From: Planctomycetota bacterium
GTDB lineage: Bacteria > Planctomycetota > UBA8108 > SXIK01
Assembly: GCA_965223845.1 (NCBI GenBank)
Contig: CBDCXR010000004.1
Coordinates: forward strand, 2,240,001-2,304,000
Direction: 5' to 3'
DNA length: 64,000 nt
The notes beneath the pieces were generated by a model that ran no database searches, was not told the origin of the DNA, and was given only the letters and a program-made list of their open reading frames with translations. Positions 37,804-47,677 of this stretch are shown here, piece by piece. Made by a program: the position numbers and the translations under genes. Each line of letters starts with the position of its first letter. Positions within the stretch are counted from its first letter, which is position 1.

Positions 37804-39656
37804 GACTTCCCGTCCTCTCGCGGCACGGCCTTGAGGAGTGCCTCGAGCAACTGCGAGCGCTCGCGGAGAGTCTCCGAATCGGTTCGCTCCTCGGCGTCCA
37901 GCTTGTCGATGCGGCTCACGAGCTCACGGACCTTGGCGAGGGCTGGATCCGGCGCGGAACCTGCTTTCGCCCGCGCTGACGGCGCGAGGCTCTCCGCTTC
38001 GGCGCCGGTGCCGAGCTCTTCTGCCGCGAGGGCGACGAGCGCTTCGCGGTGGGCGCGATACTCGGCTTCGCGGATCGACTTCGCCTCGTAGCGCCGATCG
38101 AGGTCGACGATGCGATCGAGGATCTCCTCCCCACTCAAGTCGCCGAAGAGGGCGTCGACGCTGACGTTCTTTCTTCCCGCGGCGAGCCCGAGGAGCGTCG
38201 CGACGAGAAACGTGATCACGAACGCCGCCACCCATCGCACCGAGCTCCAGCGCACCTGGCGGATCGGTGCGTTGTTGACGTCGAGATGGAGATTCACAAT
38301 CGAGCCGGGTTCGAGCGTCTCCTGCGAAAAGAAAACTTCGAAGGCGCGATCGCGGTGGATCGGCGCGTCCGGGTGCTGAAACGTCGTGTGCTTGTCGATC
38401 TGCGCCGACGCGATGTCCATGTCCTCGTGGACGCACCATGCCGTGAACTTCTGCGGTGCAAAGGCGACCGGGACTCGGAAGCTCTGTGAGAGAGACTGGC
38501 GCGCCGGGATTTCGTAGCCGAGGCGCCAGTGCATACCCGCCATGTCGCGAAGCGAGTCGAAGAAACCGGGGACGGGATCGTCGACGACGGCCGATCGACC
38601 GTCGTCCGAGACGACCCAGCCGCCATAGGCTGAAGTCGGCCCGCGATTCTCGACGACCGTCGCGCCCTCCGGGAGCGGAACGCGGAAGAGCTCGCGCCGA
38701 TCGCCGCCCCGCGAGTTGCCCACGTACATGGTGTAGTCGGCGTACGCGAAGCGGAGATCCACCTGGACGCGGAGGAACGATTGTTCGTCTCTCCTCGTGT
38801 AATCGTACGTCACGGCGAACGTCGCAACGCGCATCGCATCGGAACGATCCGACGTGCGGTAGAGGAGAACGCTCGTCTCCCCACCTTGACCGGAAACGTA
38901 CGGCGAGAATATGCGTCCACCGCGATCGGTCGCTGAGACGACGAACGACGCATCTGGAGGAAGCGCCTCGAGACCGGTCTCGACCGAGATCCGTCCTTCG
39001 GCATCCGTCTTAGCGGGCCAGCTGCGGATGATCTCGCCCCGCCGTGCACGGTCGTCGGAGCGAACGCGCACCATCTCCACGACGACATCCTTGGACGCGA
39101 AGGCGACCTTGATCTCGTCACTGAACGCTTTCTCGAAATCGGCATCGGTGCTCGCGCGAGTGACCGCCGCCCGAAGCGCCGGGTAGCTCGCCTCGGCGTC
39201 GAACACGCGAAACCCGAGGGTCACGCCGGCCTCGAGTGATCCCGACGAGGCGACGAAGAGCGCCAGCGCAACGGCGACCGCTCCCATCTGAGCCTTCCGC
39301 GCCGCGATCGCCGATTCGACCCGACGAATGGCATTCGCGGGCGTGTGCACGCGGCTTCCCGAGCTCACCGCGTGAAGTCGCTGTCGGCGAACGCGTTCGA
39401 GCTGTTTCGTCACTTCGACCGCCTCTCGCTTCAGCGAATCCCGCAGCGCCGAGAACTCTGCCTCGCTCAGCGTGCCGGCTTCGCGTTCAAACTCGAGATC
39501 CTTGATTCGCCGGAGCAAGCGCCCGCGTCGGCGCTGAAGTCGTCCCAAGCGCCCGGCGCCGGCGTCGATGTCCCATCGCTCGCTCTCGCCGAGAAGTGAG
39601 TAGAGAATCACGCCCGCCGACGCGACGCCAACGAGGACCGTCATCGCCGTCACCAT
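37800..39656 (-). CDS. CcmI-like composite membrane protein of the ccm operon
   Basis: N-terminal TM plus IKDLEFEREAGTLSEAEF, a second TM, a large soluble domain, a TM, then a second repeat IVDLDRRYEAKSIREAEY. Confidence 0.6.
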   Translation of the reverse strand: MVTAMTVLVGVASAGVILYSLLGESERWDIDAGAGRLGRLQRRRGRLLRRIKDLEFEREAGTLSEAEFSALRDSLKREAVEVTKQLERVRRQRLHAVSSGSRVHTPANAIRRVESAIAARKAQMGAVAVALALFVASSGSLEAGVTLGFRVFDAEASYPALRAAVTRASTDADFEKAFSDEIKVAFASKDVVVEMVRVRSDDRARRGEIIRSWPAKTDAEGRISVETGLEALPPDASFVVSATDRGGRIFSPYVSGQGGETSVLLYRTSDRSDAMRVATFAVTYDYTRRDEQSFLRVQVDLRFAYADYTMYVGNSRGGDRRELFRVPLPEGATVVENRGPTSAYGGWVVSDDGRSAVVDDPVPGFFDSLRDMAGMHWRLGYEIPARQSLSQSFRVPVAFAPQKFTAWCVHEDMDIASAQIDKHTTFQHPDAPIHRDRAFEVFFSQETLEPGSIVNLHLDVNNAPIRQVRWSSVRWVAAFVITFLVATLLGLAAGRKNVSVDALFGDLSGEEILDRIVDLDRRYEAKSIREAEYRAHREALVALAAEELGTGAEAESLAPSARAKAGSAPDPALAKVRELVSRIDKLDAEERTDSETLRERSQLLEALLKAVPREDGKS

Positions 39657-40579
39657 GACTCGTCCATGTCCTTCAGCTCCTTTTCGATCTCTTCGCCCCA
39701 GCGCTCGTCGTCTTCGCGCGGCTGCGCGCCCCCCGCCCTCGCTCCGTTCGAAGCGAGCTGCCCCTCTTCCGCTTGCCGCGCCGAACGGGTCTTCCTAAGA
39801 ACGAACGCGACGGCCACCGCAACCGCCGTCGCGAAAAACGCGAGGGGCAGAAAGTAGCTGAGAAGATCGATTCCCTCGGGGCGAACGTACCCCCGCACAC
39901 GCTCGCCTCCGTTCGGGTGGGCGACCATTCGATTCACGATCTCCTCGACCGAATAACCGGCGATGAGCCAGTCCTCGACGAGGTTTTTCTGCTCGTTCGC
40001 GCAGGCGTCCGGACAGCCGCTGAGCGTCTTCGTCCAGTTCTCGTTCGGGCACCAGCAGATGAGCGCCTGCCAGAGATACCCTCGTCGAGTGCGGACGTCT
40101 TCGTCGAGCGCATCCTGAAGAACCGCTTCGACGAGCGCGCGATCGGCATCGTCCGCGCCGTCGGTGATCGCGGTGAGCGCGCGGGCGGTGACGTTCCTCA
40201 GGACGCGACCGCGCTTCGCCGGATCGTCGGCGATCAGCTCCGTCGACCGCTCGCGGAGTGTGCGCACGAGCGAGCGAATGGGATTCCGGAGCGACGATCG
40301 TCCCCCGCTGCGCCGGCCGACCAAATCGTCCACGCGCGGCGCGACGACCCCGCCGTAGAGTTCGCTCTCCGCGCTCGGGTCCCCGTCGGGAACCGTTCCG
40401 ATCTCGACGCGGTGCTCCGTGTACCCGTCGTGGTGGTGATCGTGATCGTGCGTGGGACCGGAGTCGGGCACGCCGCCCGCCGGACGATCCTGTGCCGCGA
40501 GACGCACCGGACCGACGGCGACGGCGCAGCCTCCGACGAGCGCGGCGAGCGCGAGAAACCGAGCTCTGGCCGGAATCAT
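39650..40579 (-). CDS. ccmH: CcmH-like cytochrome c biogenesis protein
   Basis: Signal peptide, His-rich patch, LICWCP..LSGCPDAC, GYSVEEIVNRMV and C-terminal TM. TGATG overlap with ccmF. Confidence 0.7.
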   Translation of the reverse strand: MIPARARFLALAALVGGCAVAVGPVRLAAQDRPAGGVPDSGPTHDHDHHHDGYTEHRVEIGTVPDGDPSAESELYGGVVAPRVDDLVGRRSGGRSSLRNPIRSLVRTLRERSTELIADDPAKRGRVLRNVTARALTAITDGADDADRALVEAVLQDALDEDVRTRRGYLWQALICWCPNENWTKTLSGCPDACANEQKNLVEDWLIAGYSVEEIVNRMVAHPNGGERVRGYVRPEGIDLLSYFLPLAFFATAVAVAVAFVLRKTRSARQAEEGQLASNGARAGGAQPREDDERWGEEIEKELKDMDESW

Positions 40580-42756
40580 CAGTCGGCGAGCCCCACCTTG
40601 TTCCCGGGCATCGGCAGAGCCGCGAAGATCCCGCCTCCCACCATCATGAACCAACCGAGGTAGATCAGGATCATGAGCGGATTGAGGTGCACGGTGACTT
40701 GAAAGCGGTCGTCGAGCTTTACTTCGTAGTGGAGGTAGATGTCGCCGAGGAGTCGGCGTTCGATGCCGACCTCCCGAATCGTCTCGTTCCGTTTCGGGTA
40801 CGTCCGAATCTCCGGCTCGAGATCCGCGATGAACACCTCCTCGTCCCCGGACGAAGACACGCCTTCGGCCGACGGCGCCGCCGCGTCGCCGTGCGCAGCG
40901 GGGAGCAATCCCTCGTCGACTTCGGTCACGCGGAACGTCACCTTCTGAAGCATGTACGGCGCGCCGGGCCCCGGCTGGGCTTCGTGCTCCTCGAGCGCCG
41001 CGATGCGGTAGGAGCCGACGACGGCGGATTCACCCAGGCGCAGCCTCACCTGTCGTTCGGTCTTGAACATGCTGCTCGCGATGATTCCGACGACGAAAAC
41101 CGCGATGCCGACGTGGACGGCGTAGCCCCCCCACCGCCGGTTGTTGCGAACGACGACGTTGAGCAGAGCGCGCCCGAGATCATCGCCGCGAAATCGCATC
41201 CGCGCGCGTACGCAGCGCCAGAGCTCCGCACCGATCGTCGCCGCGATGAAGAACGAGAGACCGAGGAAGAGTCCGGTGGGATAGAGCGCCGTCGCGTGGT
41301 TCATCGATGCCTTCGGAACGAGCACCTCCGATGCCGTTCCGAGCTGATCGGAGAAGTACCACCACGCGTAGAGGCACACGAGAAAACCGACGGTCGCGAG
41401 GGCCGGCCCGATGAAATTCCGCCGGAGCGCGGTGCGCGTCGTCTTCACCCAGCCGAGCCCGGGTCCGATCGCGGTGAGGAAGAGGAGCGCCGCGAAGAGC
41501 GGTGTCATCACTTCGTTGTACTCCGCGACGAGGAGCGTTTTCTTTTCGGCGAGGAAGTCGTGAGAGAGCTTCGTCCAGAAGGAAAGGATCATCACCGCGG
41601 CCATGATCGCGACGAGGACGACGTTGTTGAAGAGAAAGACCGACTCGCGTGACAGCACGGCGTCGAAGCGGTTCCGACTCTTCAGTTGGCGCCAGCGATA
41701 GAACAGGAAGAAAAGGCCGACAAACCCGATGACGAGCATGAAGCCCTGGAACCAAACGCCGATGTTGCCGCCGGCGAAGGCGTGGATCGATTGGACGACA
41801 CCCGAGCGCGTCATCCACGTCGCCCAAATCGTGAGGAAGAACGTGAAGATGATCAGAAACGCATTCCATGCCTTCAGCATTTCGCGTCGCTCTTGCACCA
41901 TGATGGAGTGCAAGAAGGCCGTTCCCGTGCACCACGGGAGGAAGGATGCGTTCTCGACCGGATCCCACATCCAGTAGCCGCCCCAGCCGAGTTGGCGGTA
42001 CGCCCAGAGGCCCCCGAGGATGATTCCCGAAGTGAGAAAGAGCCACGCGACCATCGTCCAGCGGCGGACGATCTTCACCCAGTAGGAGCCGAGCTCTCCC
42101 GCCATGAGCGCCGCGAGTGCGAACGCGAACGGCACGGTGAATCCGATGAAACCGAGGTAGAGGCACGGCGGGTGGATCACGAACCAATAGTTGACGAGCT
42201 GGGGGCTCATCCCCGCGCCGTCGAGAAGCCGACCGTCTTCTCCGATCTCGATTCCTCGCGAAGTCGACAGCAACTCGCGCTGTTCGGGCGGCATCACTTC
42301 GAACGGATTCGCGTACCAGTTCACGGCGACGAAGAAGCCGAGAACGGAGGCGAGGACGAGATAGACGAAGGGCTCGAGCCGCCGTCCCGTCGCGTGCTGA
42401 GCGCTGCGGCGGTGCTGAAGCGCAACGATCGCGCAGAATCCGCTGAGGACGACGGTCCAGAAGAGGAGCGAGCCGTCGAGCCCGGCCCAGAGTCCCGCCA
42501 TCTTGAAGAAGGTCGGGAGGAGCCGCTCGGAGTAATTGAAGATGTACTCGTTGTCGTACTGCCCCGTTACGAGACCGTGAACGAGGCAGACCGTCGAGCC
42601 GCAGATGACGACGAAGAGAACGTAGAACGTCGTCCGCGCGCCGACGACGAGCCGCCGACTCCGCCGGAGAATCCCCGCGAGAGCGAGCACGAACGCGGCC
42701 GCGGTCAGGACCGTCGCGAGGACGAGCAAGGCCCGTCCGAATGCGAGAACTTCCAT
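40579..42756 (-). CDS. ccmF: heme lyase CcmF
   Basis: WAGLDGSLLFW, IHPPCLYLG, WWD motif WGGYWMWDPVENASF, TRSGVVQSIHAF, SRES and GYAVHVG. Confidence 0.95.
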   Translation of the reverse strand: MEVLAFGRALLVLATVLTAAAFVLALAGILRRSRRLVVGARTTFYVLFVVICGSTVCLVHGLVTGQYDNEYIFNYSERLLPTFFKMAGLWAGLDGSLLFWTVVLSGFCAIVALQHRRSAQHATGRRLEPFVYLVLASVLGFFVAVNWYANPFEVMPPEQRELLSTSRGIEIGEDGRLLDGAGMSPQLVNYWFVIHPPCLYLGFIGFTVPFAFALAALMAGELGSYWVKIVRRWTMVAWLFLTSGIILGGLWAYRQLGWGGYWMWDPVENASFLPWCTGTAFLHSIMVQERREMLKAWNAFLIIFTFFLTIWATWMTRSGVVQSIHAFAGGNIGVWFQGFMLVIGFVGLFFLFYRWRQLKSRNRFDAVLSRESVFLFNNVVLVAIMAAVMILSFWTKLSHDFLAEKKTLLVAEYNEVMTPLFAALLFLTAIGPGLGWVKTTRTALRRNFIGPALATVGFLVCLYAWWYFSDQLGTASEVLVPKASMNHATALYPTGLFLGLSFFIAATIGAELWRCVRARMRFRGDDLGRALLNVVVRNNRRWGGYAVHVGIAVFVVGIIASSMFKTERQVRLRLGESAVVGSYRIAALEEHEAQPGPGAPYMLQKVTFRVTEVDEGLLPAAHGDAAAPSAEGVSSSGDEEVFIADLEPEIRTYPKRNETIREVGIERRLLGDIYLHYEVKLDDRFQVTVHLNPLMILIYLGWFMMVGGGIFAALPMPGNKVGLAD

Positions 42757-42903
42757 AGCGTCGTCACCTCCTCAGCGACGCGATCGGATCGAGGTGCGAG
42801 CGGCGGCGGAAATCGCTCGACGTCTTCGCGCTCCGCCCCGATCGAGCCGCGAGCGTGCCGCCCGTTCGCAGGTTTTGCAACCCTTTCACGGATCGGGCTT
42901 CGG

Positions 42904-43365
42904 TCAGGGAACGTCCGGAGCCGGGGTCGAGTCTTTCGCGGGAGGATCCGCAGTCCCGCTCGGCGCGGGGGCGTATTCCGTCCCGCCCTCGTAGACGGCC
43001 TCTGACGCTTCGTAACGCGAGGGACACTTCGTCGTGACCCGTGTCGCGTGAAAGACGCCGGCAGCCTGATCGAACTCCCCCCGGATGCTCACGTCGAGGT
43101 CGACCTTGAAGTTCTCCGGGACGGGCTGCGTCGACACCACCGTGATCCTCGACGCCTCGTCGCTCGGAATCCCCACCGTGAACTTGAGCGGAGCGAGACC
43201 CTCGATCGCGATGATCTTCCCGCCGTCGACCTGGACCATCCCCCCGGTGTACTCCTCCGAGAGCACCTGGTTCACCGTGAGGACCGGAACCATGGACGAG
43301 AACGCCTGCCAGATCAGGACTCCGACGGCGCAGACGAACGCGAACCCGACGATCGCAGGTTTCAT
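42904..43365 (-). CDS. ccmE: heme chaperone CcmE, CxxxY variant
   Basis: N-terminal TM, VPENFK, FHATRVTTKCPSRYE; GGAGGGAG RBS. Confidence 0.85.
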   Translation of the reverse strand: MKPAIVGFAFVCAVGVLIWQAFSSMVPVLTVNQVLSEEYTGGMVQVDGGKIIAIEGLAPLKFTVGIPSDEASRITVVSTQPVPENFKVDLDVSIRGEFDQAAGVFHATRVTTKCPSRYEASEAVYEGGTEYAPAPSGTADPPAKDSTPAPDVP

Positions 43366-43735
43366 GGGTCTCCTCCCTCCCCCGGGGGCAGCCGCCGCTC
43401 AATCCTCGGAGCGGCACGTAAACTCTTTTGCGAAGCTGTTCTGCGACACAAGGATACCCCAAGTTCGCCGGCTCCCGCAACGCGTGCAGCCGGGGATCCC
43501 CACGCGCATCGAAAAGATAGGTACGCCGACGGGCGCCGAGTTCGGGATCCGATCCGGCGGCTGTCCCATCGCCCCCGAATCTGACGTCGGCCGAGTCCCG
43601 TCCGCTTCTTAAGCGCCGGCCCTGACGAAGGACAACGCACGGCAGGGGCCGGCGGTGGCAGCCGCCGGCGCCCGCGAGCTACAATCATCGGCTGGTCAGG
43701 ATCGGCCGGTCGTCGAAAGCGCCCCCACTCCGCCC

Positions 43736-44401
43736 GTGCATCCCTCGCTCTCCGCCTACGAACTTCTCGCCTTCGACCTCGACGGAACCCTCGTCGACTC
43801 GCGCCGCGATCTCGCTCGCGCCGTGAACGAGGGCCTCGAAGCCGTCGGGCGGGCTCCGATCGCCGTCGAACGGGTCACCGAATTCGTCGGGAACGGGGTG
43901 CACGCGCTGGTCGCGCGGAGTCTCGGCGCAGGCGCGTCTCGCGAGGAGTTCGAGCACGCGCTCGCAGTCTTTTCCGCGTATTACGCGGAGCACTGCGTCG
44001 ACGAAACGCGACCGTACCCCGGCGTCGAGGAGACGCTCGCGCGTCTCGCCGGGTCGCTGCCCCTCGCGCTCCTCACGAACAAACCGGAGCGCCCGAGCCG
44101 TCTCATCCTCGAGCGCCTCGACCTCGCGAAGTTCTTCCCCTGCGTGCTCGGAGGCGACTCCGTCGCAGCGAAGAAACCTTCGCCGATCGGGCTCGAGGAG
44201 ATCGCGACGCGACACGAAGTCGCCGTTTCCGCGTGCCTCTACGTCGGAGACAGCGCCGTCGACTGGGAGACCGCCGAGGCCGCCGGCGCCGACTTCGCAT
44301 TCGCGTCCTACGGCTACCAACCCGAGACGGGGAACGCGGCCGCCCCGGCGCGCGTCCTCACGACGTTTCCCGATCTTCTCGGCCCCGCCCGCGGAACCTG
44401 A
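43736..44401 (+). CDS. HAD-family phosphatase (phosphoglycolate phosphatase-like)
   Basis: FDLDGTLVDS, LTNKP, KKPSP and YVGDS..D. Confidence 0.85.
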   Translation: MHPSLSAYELLAFDLDGTLVDSRRDLARAVNEGLEAVGRAPIAVERVTEFVGNGVHALVARSLGAGASREEFEHALAVFSAYYAEHCVDETRPYPGVEETLARLAGSLPLALLTNKPERPSRLILERLDLAKFFPCVLGGDSVAAKKPSPIGLEEIATRHEVAVSACLYVGDSAVDWETAEAAGADFAFASYGYQPETGNAAAPARVLTTFPDLLGPARGT

Positions 44402-44568
44402 TTCTGACTCCGCCGCACGTCGCTTTCTCCGGGAGCGTGCGACAGCCTGTCGCAGGCATTTCGCTGGCGCACGCTCCGACTTAAGGATAGATTTCTTCTG
44501 GACATAAGGCGATGAGCGACGTCACGAGGGCGCTCTTCGCTAACGAAAACTCTCACCGGTGAGCGGTC

Positions 44569-44889
44569 ATGGCCCAACCCAAGACGAAGGGCGGCAAACG
44601 CAAAAAGAAGCCGAAGCAGATCGCTTACATCAACGAAGCGTGCACCGGCTGTGCCGGCTCGCCGGTCTGCCAGTCGTATTGCCCGGTCGACGAGTGCATG
44701 ATCCTCGTTCAGAACCCCGGGGCGCCGACATTCGGGGTAATCGAGGTCGACCCGCTCAAGTGCATCGGCTGCAAGAAATGCACCGCCAAGGGACCGGAGG
44801 GCACGTTCCTCGACGGGTGTCCCTGGGACGCGATCGTCATGGTCGACATCGACGATTTCGAGGATCGGTACGGGGATCTCCCCTACTGA
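44569..44889 (+). CDS. 2x[4Fe-4S] ferredoxin with Lys-rich N-terminus
   Basis: CTGC....VC...CP and CIGCKKC...GCPWDAI. Confidence 0.88.
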   Translation: MAQPKTKGGKRKKKPKQIAYINEACTGCAGSPVCQSYCPVDECMILVQNPGAPTFGVIEVDPLKCIGCKKCTAKGPEGTFLDGCPWDAIVMVDIDDFEDRYGDLPY

Positions 44890-44943
44890 GCCCGGCTGGG
44901 AGCCCGTCGGCCCAAAGACTGGCCCCACGCCCTCCACCCGCCG

Positions 44944-44973
44944 TTGACGGAACCCGTCGCGGAGTGATAGGAT
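44944..44973 (+). promoter_or_regulatory. possible sigma70 promoter upstream of the TPR gene
   Basis: TTGACG-N18-TAGGAT with an extended -10 TG. Confidence 0.4.
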
Positions 44974-45342
44974 CGACGTCCTATCTGCAGCTTTCGCTGC
45001 ACGTTGAGAACTCCCGAATCGCGCCCGAATCCGTGCCCTCGGCGGCGGTCGAACCGACGTTCGGCCAAACCCCTTTCCACGGTCTTCGGGTCGGGCGCCG
45101 GCCGACGGTCGACGTCCCAAACGTTTTCGCAATCCGCGCGCCTCGTCGCCGCGGCGCTACGACTCGATCGCAGCGCCGTCCGAGCGGTAGAAGTGCGTTT
45201 CCCGTGAAAGCGTAGTGCGACTGCGGGTGCGGAGAACGTGTGTCGAATCTTCGGCGGCCGGACTTCGCGTCGGCACGAAAGTGGTGATTGGCTCCCCCCG
45301 CCGGAGTAGGCTACGGGTGGTGAGTTCTGGAGGATCGGTCTC

Positions 45343-46779
45343 GTGAGTGCGTCCAAAGATTATTTCAAGAAGGCAGAGCAAGCTGCCAAGAAGCAGAACT
45401 TCGAATACGCGGTAGAGCTCTACATGCAGGGTCTCATGATCGACCCCAAGTGCGCCGACGAGCGCCGGAGCCTCCACCGCGTGATGACGCTCTCGATCGA
45501 GGAGAAGGGCGGAAACCCTCAGGGAGGCATGGCCGTCAAGCTGAAGGTGATGCCAGTCCTCGCGAACGTGAAGAAGCTCACCGTTCAAAAGAAGTGGGAC
45601 GAGGCGATCATCGAGTACGAGAAGGCGCTGCGCTATCAACCGAGACACCCGGCGACGCTCTTCGGACTCGCGACCGCACTCGAGCAGAACGAATGCATCG
45701 AGGGTGCGATCGTCATCCTCGAGGACATCCTCGATGTCGATAAGGGGCACGTCGAAGCCTACCGTTCCCTCGGTCGCCTTTGGGCCGGGAAGGAGGATCC
45801 GGAGAAGGCGATCTCCTACTGGGAGAAGCTCCGCCAGTACAAGCCGGACGACAAGGAAGCCGGGAAAGCGATTCGCGACCTATCCGCCGCCACCATGGTG
45901 AAGAAGGCCGAAGAGCGGAAGGCCAAGGCGGGCGACGAGTCCTTCAAGGCGATGCTCGCCGACGAGGACAAGAGCGCCGAGCTCGAGAAGAAGGCGAAGA
46001 TCATCCGCACGGACGACGATCGTCGCGAGGCGATCAAGTTCAAGAAGGAAGAGCTGCGCACGGACCCGGAAAACTCGCGTCTCTGGCGCGAGCTCGGGCA
46101 GCTCTACCAGGATCTCAAGGATTGGAAGTACGCCGAGGCGGCCTACAAGAAGGCGCAGGAAGTGAATCCTCACGACATGTTCGTGAACGAGAAGCTCGGC
46201 GCCCTGCGGGAATCGCGCCTCGACCAGGAGCTCGATTCACTCCGGAAGAAGGTCGCGGAGGCGGAGGCGAACGGCGGCTCGAACGACGAGCTGCGCGGTC
46301 AGCTCGAAAAGAAGGAAGAGCAGGTCCGCTTGTTCAAGGTCGACGAGTACGACCGGAGGGTCAAAGCCCACCCGACGGACTTCGAGCTCAAGATGCGTCT
46401 CGGCCGCGCCCTCATGGACGTCGGCAAATACGACGGCGCGATCGAGCAGTTTCAAAAGGCGATTCAGGACCCGAAGTTCAAGGTCGCCGCGCTCGTCGCG
46501 AACGGAAACTGCTTCTTTCAGAAGGGGCTCCTCGACCTCGCGGCGAGTCAGTTCCAGACCGCACTCGGCGAGGTTTCTTCCGACGCGAACTCGCCGGTCG
46601 CGAAGGAGATCAAGTACAGCCTCGCCGGAGTCTTCGAGGGAAAGGCGAGCGGTGCTACCGACGAGTCGCAGGGGGCGACCTTCCGGCAGCAGGCGCTGAG
46701 CCTCTATCAGGAGATCATGGCCGTCGACATCGGCTACGAGGATGTCTCCGACCGGGTGACGGCGCTTCTCGCGGGCTGA
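45343..46779 (+). CDS. tetratricopeptide repeat protein
   Basis: Multiple TPRs (AIIEYEKALRYQP, AYKKAQEVNP, AIEQFQKA); GGAGG RBS. Confidence 0.88.
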   Translation: MSASKDYFKKAEQAAKKQNFEYAVELYMQGLMIDPKCADERRSLHRVMTLSIEEKGGNPQGGMAVKLKVMPVLANVKKLTVQKKWDEAIIEYEKALRYQPRHPATLFGLATALEQNECIEGAIVILEDILDVDKGHVEAYRSLGRLWAGKEDPEKAISYWEKLRQYKPDDKEAGKAIRDLSAATMVKKAEERKAKAGDESFKAMLADEDKSAELEKKAKIIRTDDDRREAIKFKKEELRTDPENSRLWRELGQLYQDLKDWKYAEAAYKKAQEVNPHDMFVNEKLGALRESRLDQELDSLRKKVAEAEANGGSNDELRGQLEKKEEQVRLFKVDEYDRRVKAHPTDFELKMRLGRALMDVGKYDGAIEQFQKAIQDPKFKVAALVANGNCFFQKGLLDLAASQFQTALGEVSSDANSPVAKEIKYSLAGVFEGKASGATDESQGATFRQQALSLYQEIMAVDIGYEDVSDRVTALLAG

Positions 46780-47072
46780 GTTTCACGCGCGCCACGTCAG
46801 CCGCGCGGTGAATCTCCGGTCCGCCGGCAGTCCAGCCGAATCGCGTGCGCGCGGATCGGGCCGAACGCCCGAGGGCCGCCCGCCGGCTTTCCCCCGGGGG
46901 CGGAGGGCTGCCCCGGGCCGGCCTCGCTAGCGGCGACGCGAGCCCGTTTTTGCCCTTGTCTTTGCCTCGCCCACGGTTACGATCTCCCACTCCCCCGAGG
47001 GCGACGCAGGCAATCTCCGGGGAACGAGTTACGCAGAGTTGATCGAGGCCAGAAGAGAGGGCCGAAAGAAAC

Positions 47073-47339
47073 ATGGCGCACAGCGCGCAAGCAAAGAAGC
47101 GGATCCGTCAGAGCGAAAAACGACGAATCCGCAACAAGAGCAAGAAGAGCGAGATTCGCACTCTGACCCGTCGGCTGCGCGAGCACGTCGCAGAGAAGGA
47201 CGGAGACAAGGCGAAGGCACTCCTCCCGCGCCTCTTCTCGCGGCTCGATAAGGCCGCGAAGACGAACGTGTTCCACCGGAACAACGTCGCGCGACAGAAG
47301 GCGAAGGCGACACGGCTCGTCCGGACGCTCGACGACTGA
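47073..47339 (+). CDS. rpsT: 30S ribosomal protein S20
   Basis: MAHSAQAKKRIRQSEKRRIRN..LDKAAK.NVFHRNNVAR.K. Confidence 0.95.
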   Translation: MAHSAQAKKRIRQSEKRRIRNKSKKSEIRTLTRRLREHVAEKDGDKAKALLPRLFSRLDKAAKTNVFHRNNVARQKAKATRLVRTLDD

Positions 47340-47408
47340 CACCGCACGCGCGCGAGCGCCTCGCGATCCCCAACTCGCGACGGCGGCGCCGGCCGGTCGC
47401 TCCTCAGC

Positions 47409-47484
<76 letters not shown>

Positions 47485-47492
47485 AAACCAGC

Positions 47493-47528
47493 AAAGGACT
47501 TACGACTTCGGTCGTGAGTCCTTTTTTT
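47493..47528 (+). terminator. Rho-independent terminator
   Basis: AAAGGACTTACGAC-TTCG-GTCGTGAGTCC followed by a T7 run. Confidence 0.9.
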
Positions 47529-47677
47529 CGTCTAGACTCGAGATCGTTCCACCCTCCCTCGATCGTCGCGAAACTCGCTCCGCTGACGTTTTCCTGCAAC
47601 GCCCTCGATCGGGCGACGTCCACCTTCACGGCGCCAACTTCGAAGAAGCACGGCGAAACAGATCAGAGGTGCGGAAG

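Noticed and set aside
45271-45287. sigma54-like GGCACG motif upstream of the TPR gene (and a similar one near 62870)
   Set aside because: The invariant -12 GC is missing at the required spacing.
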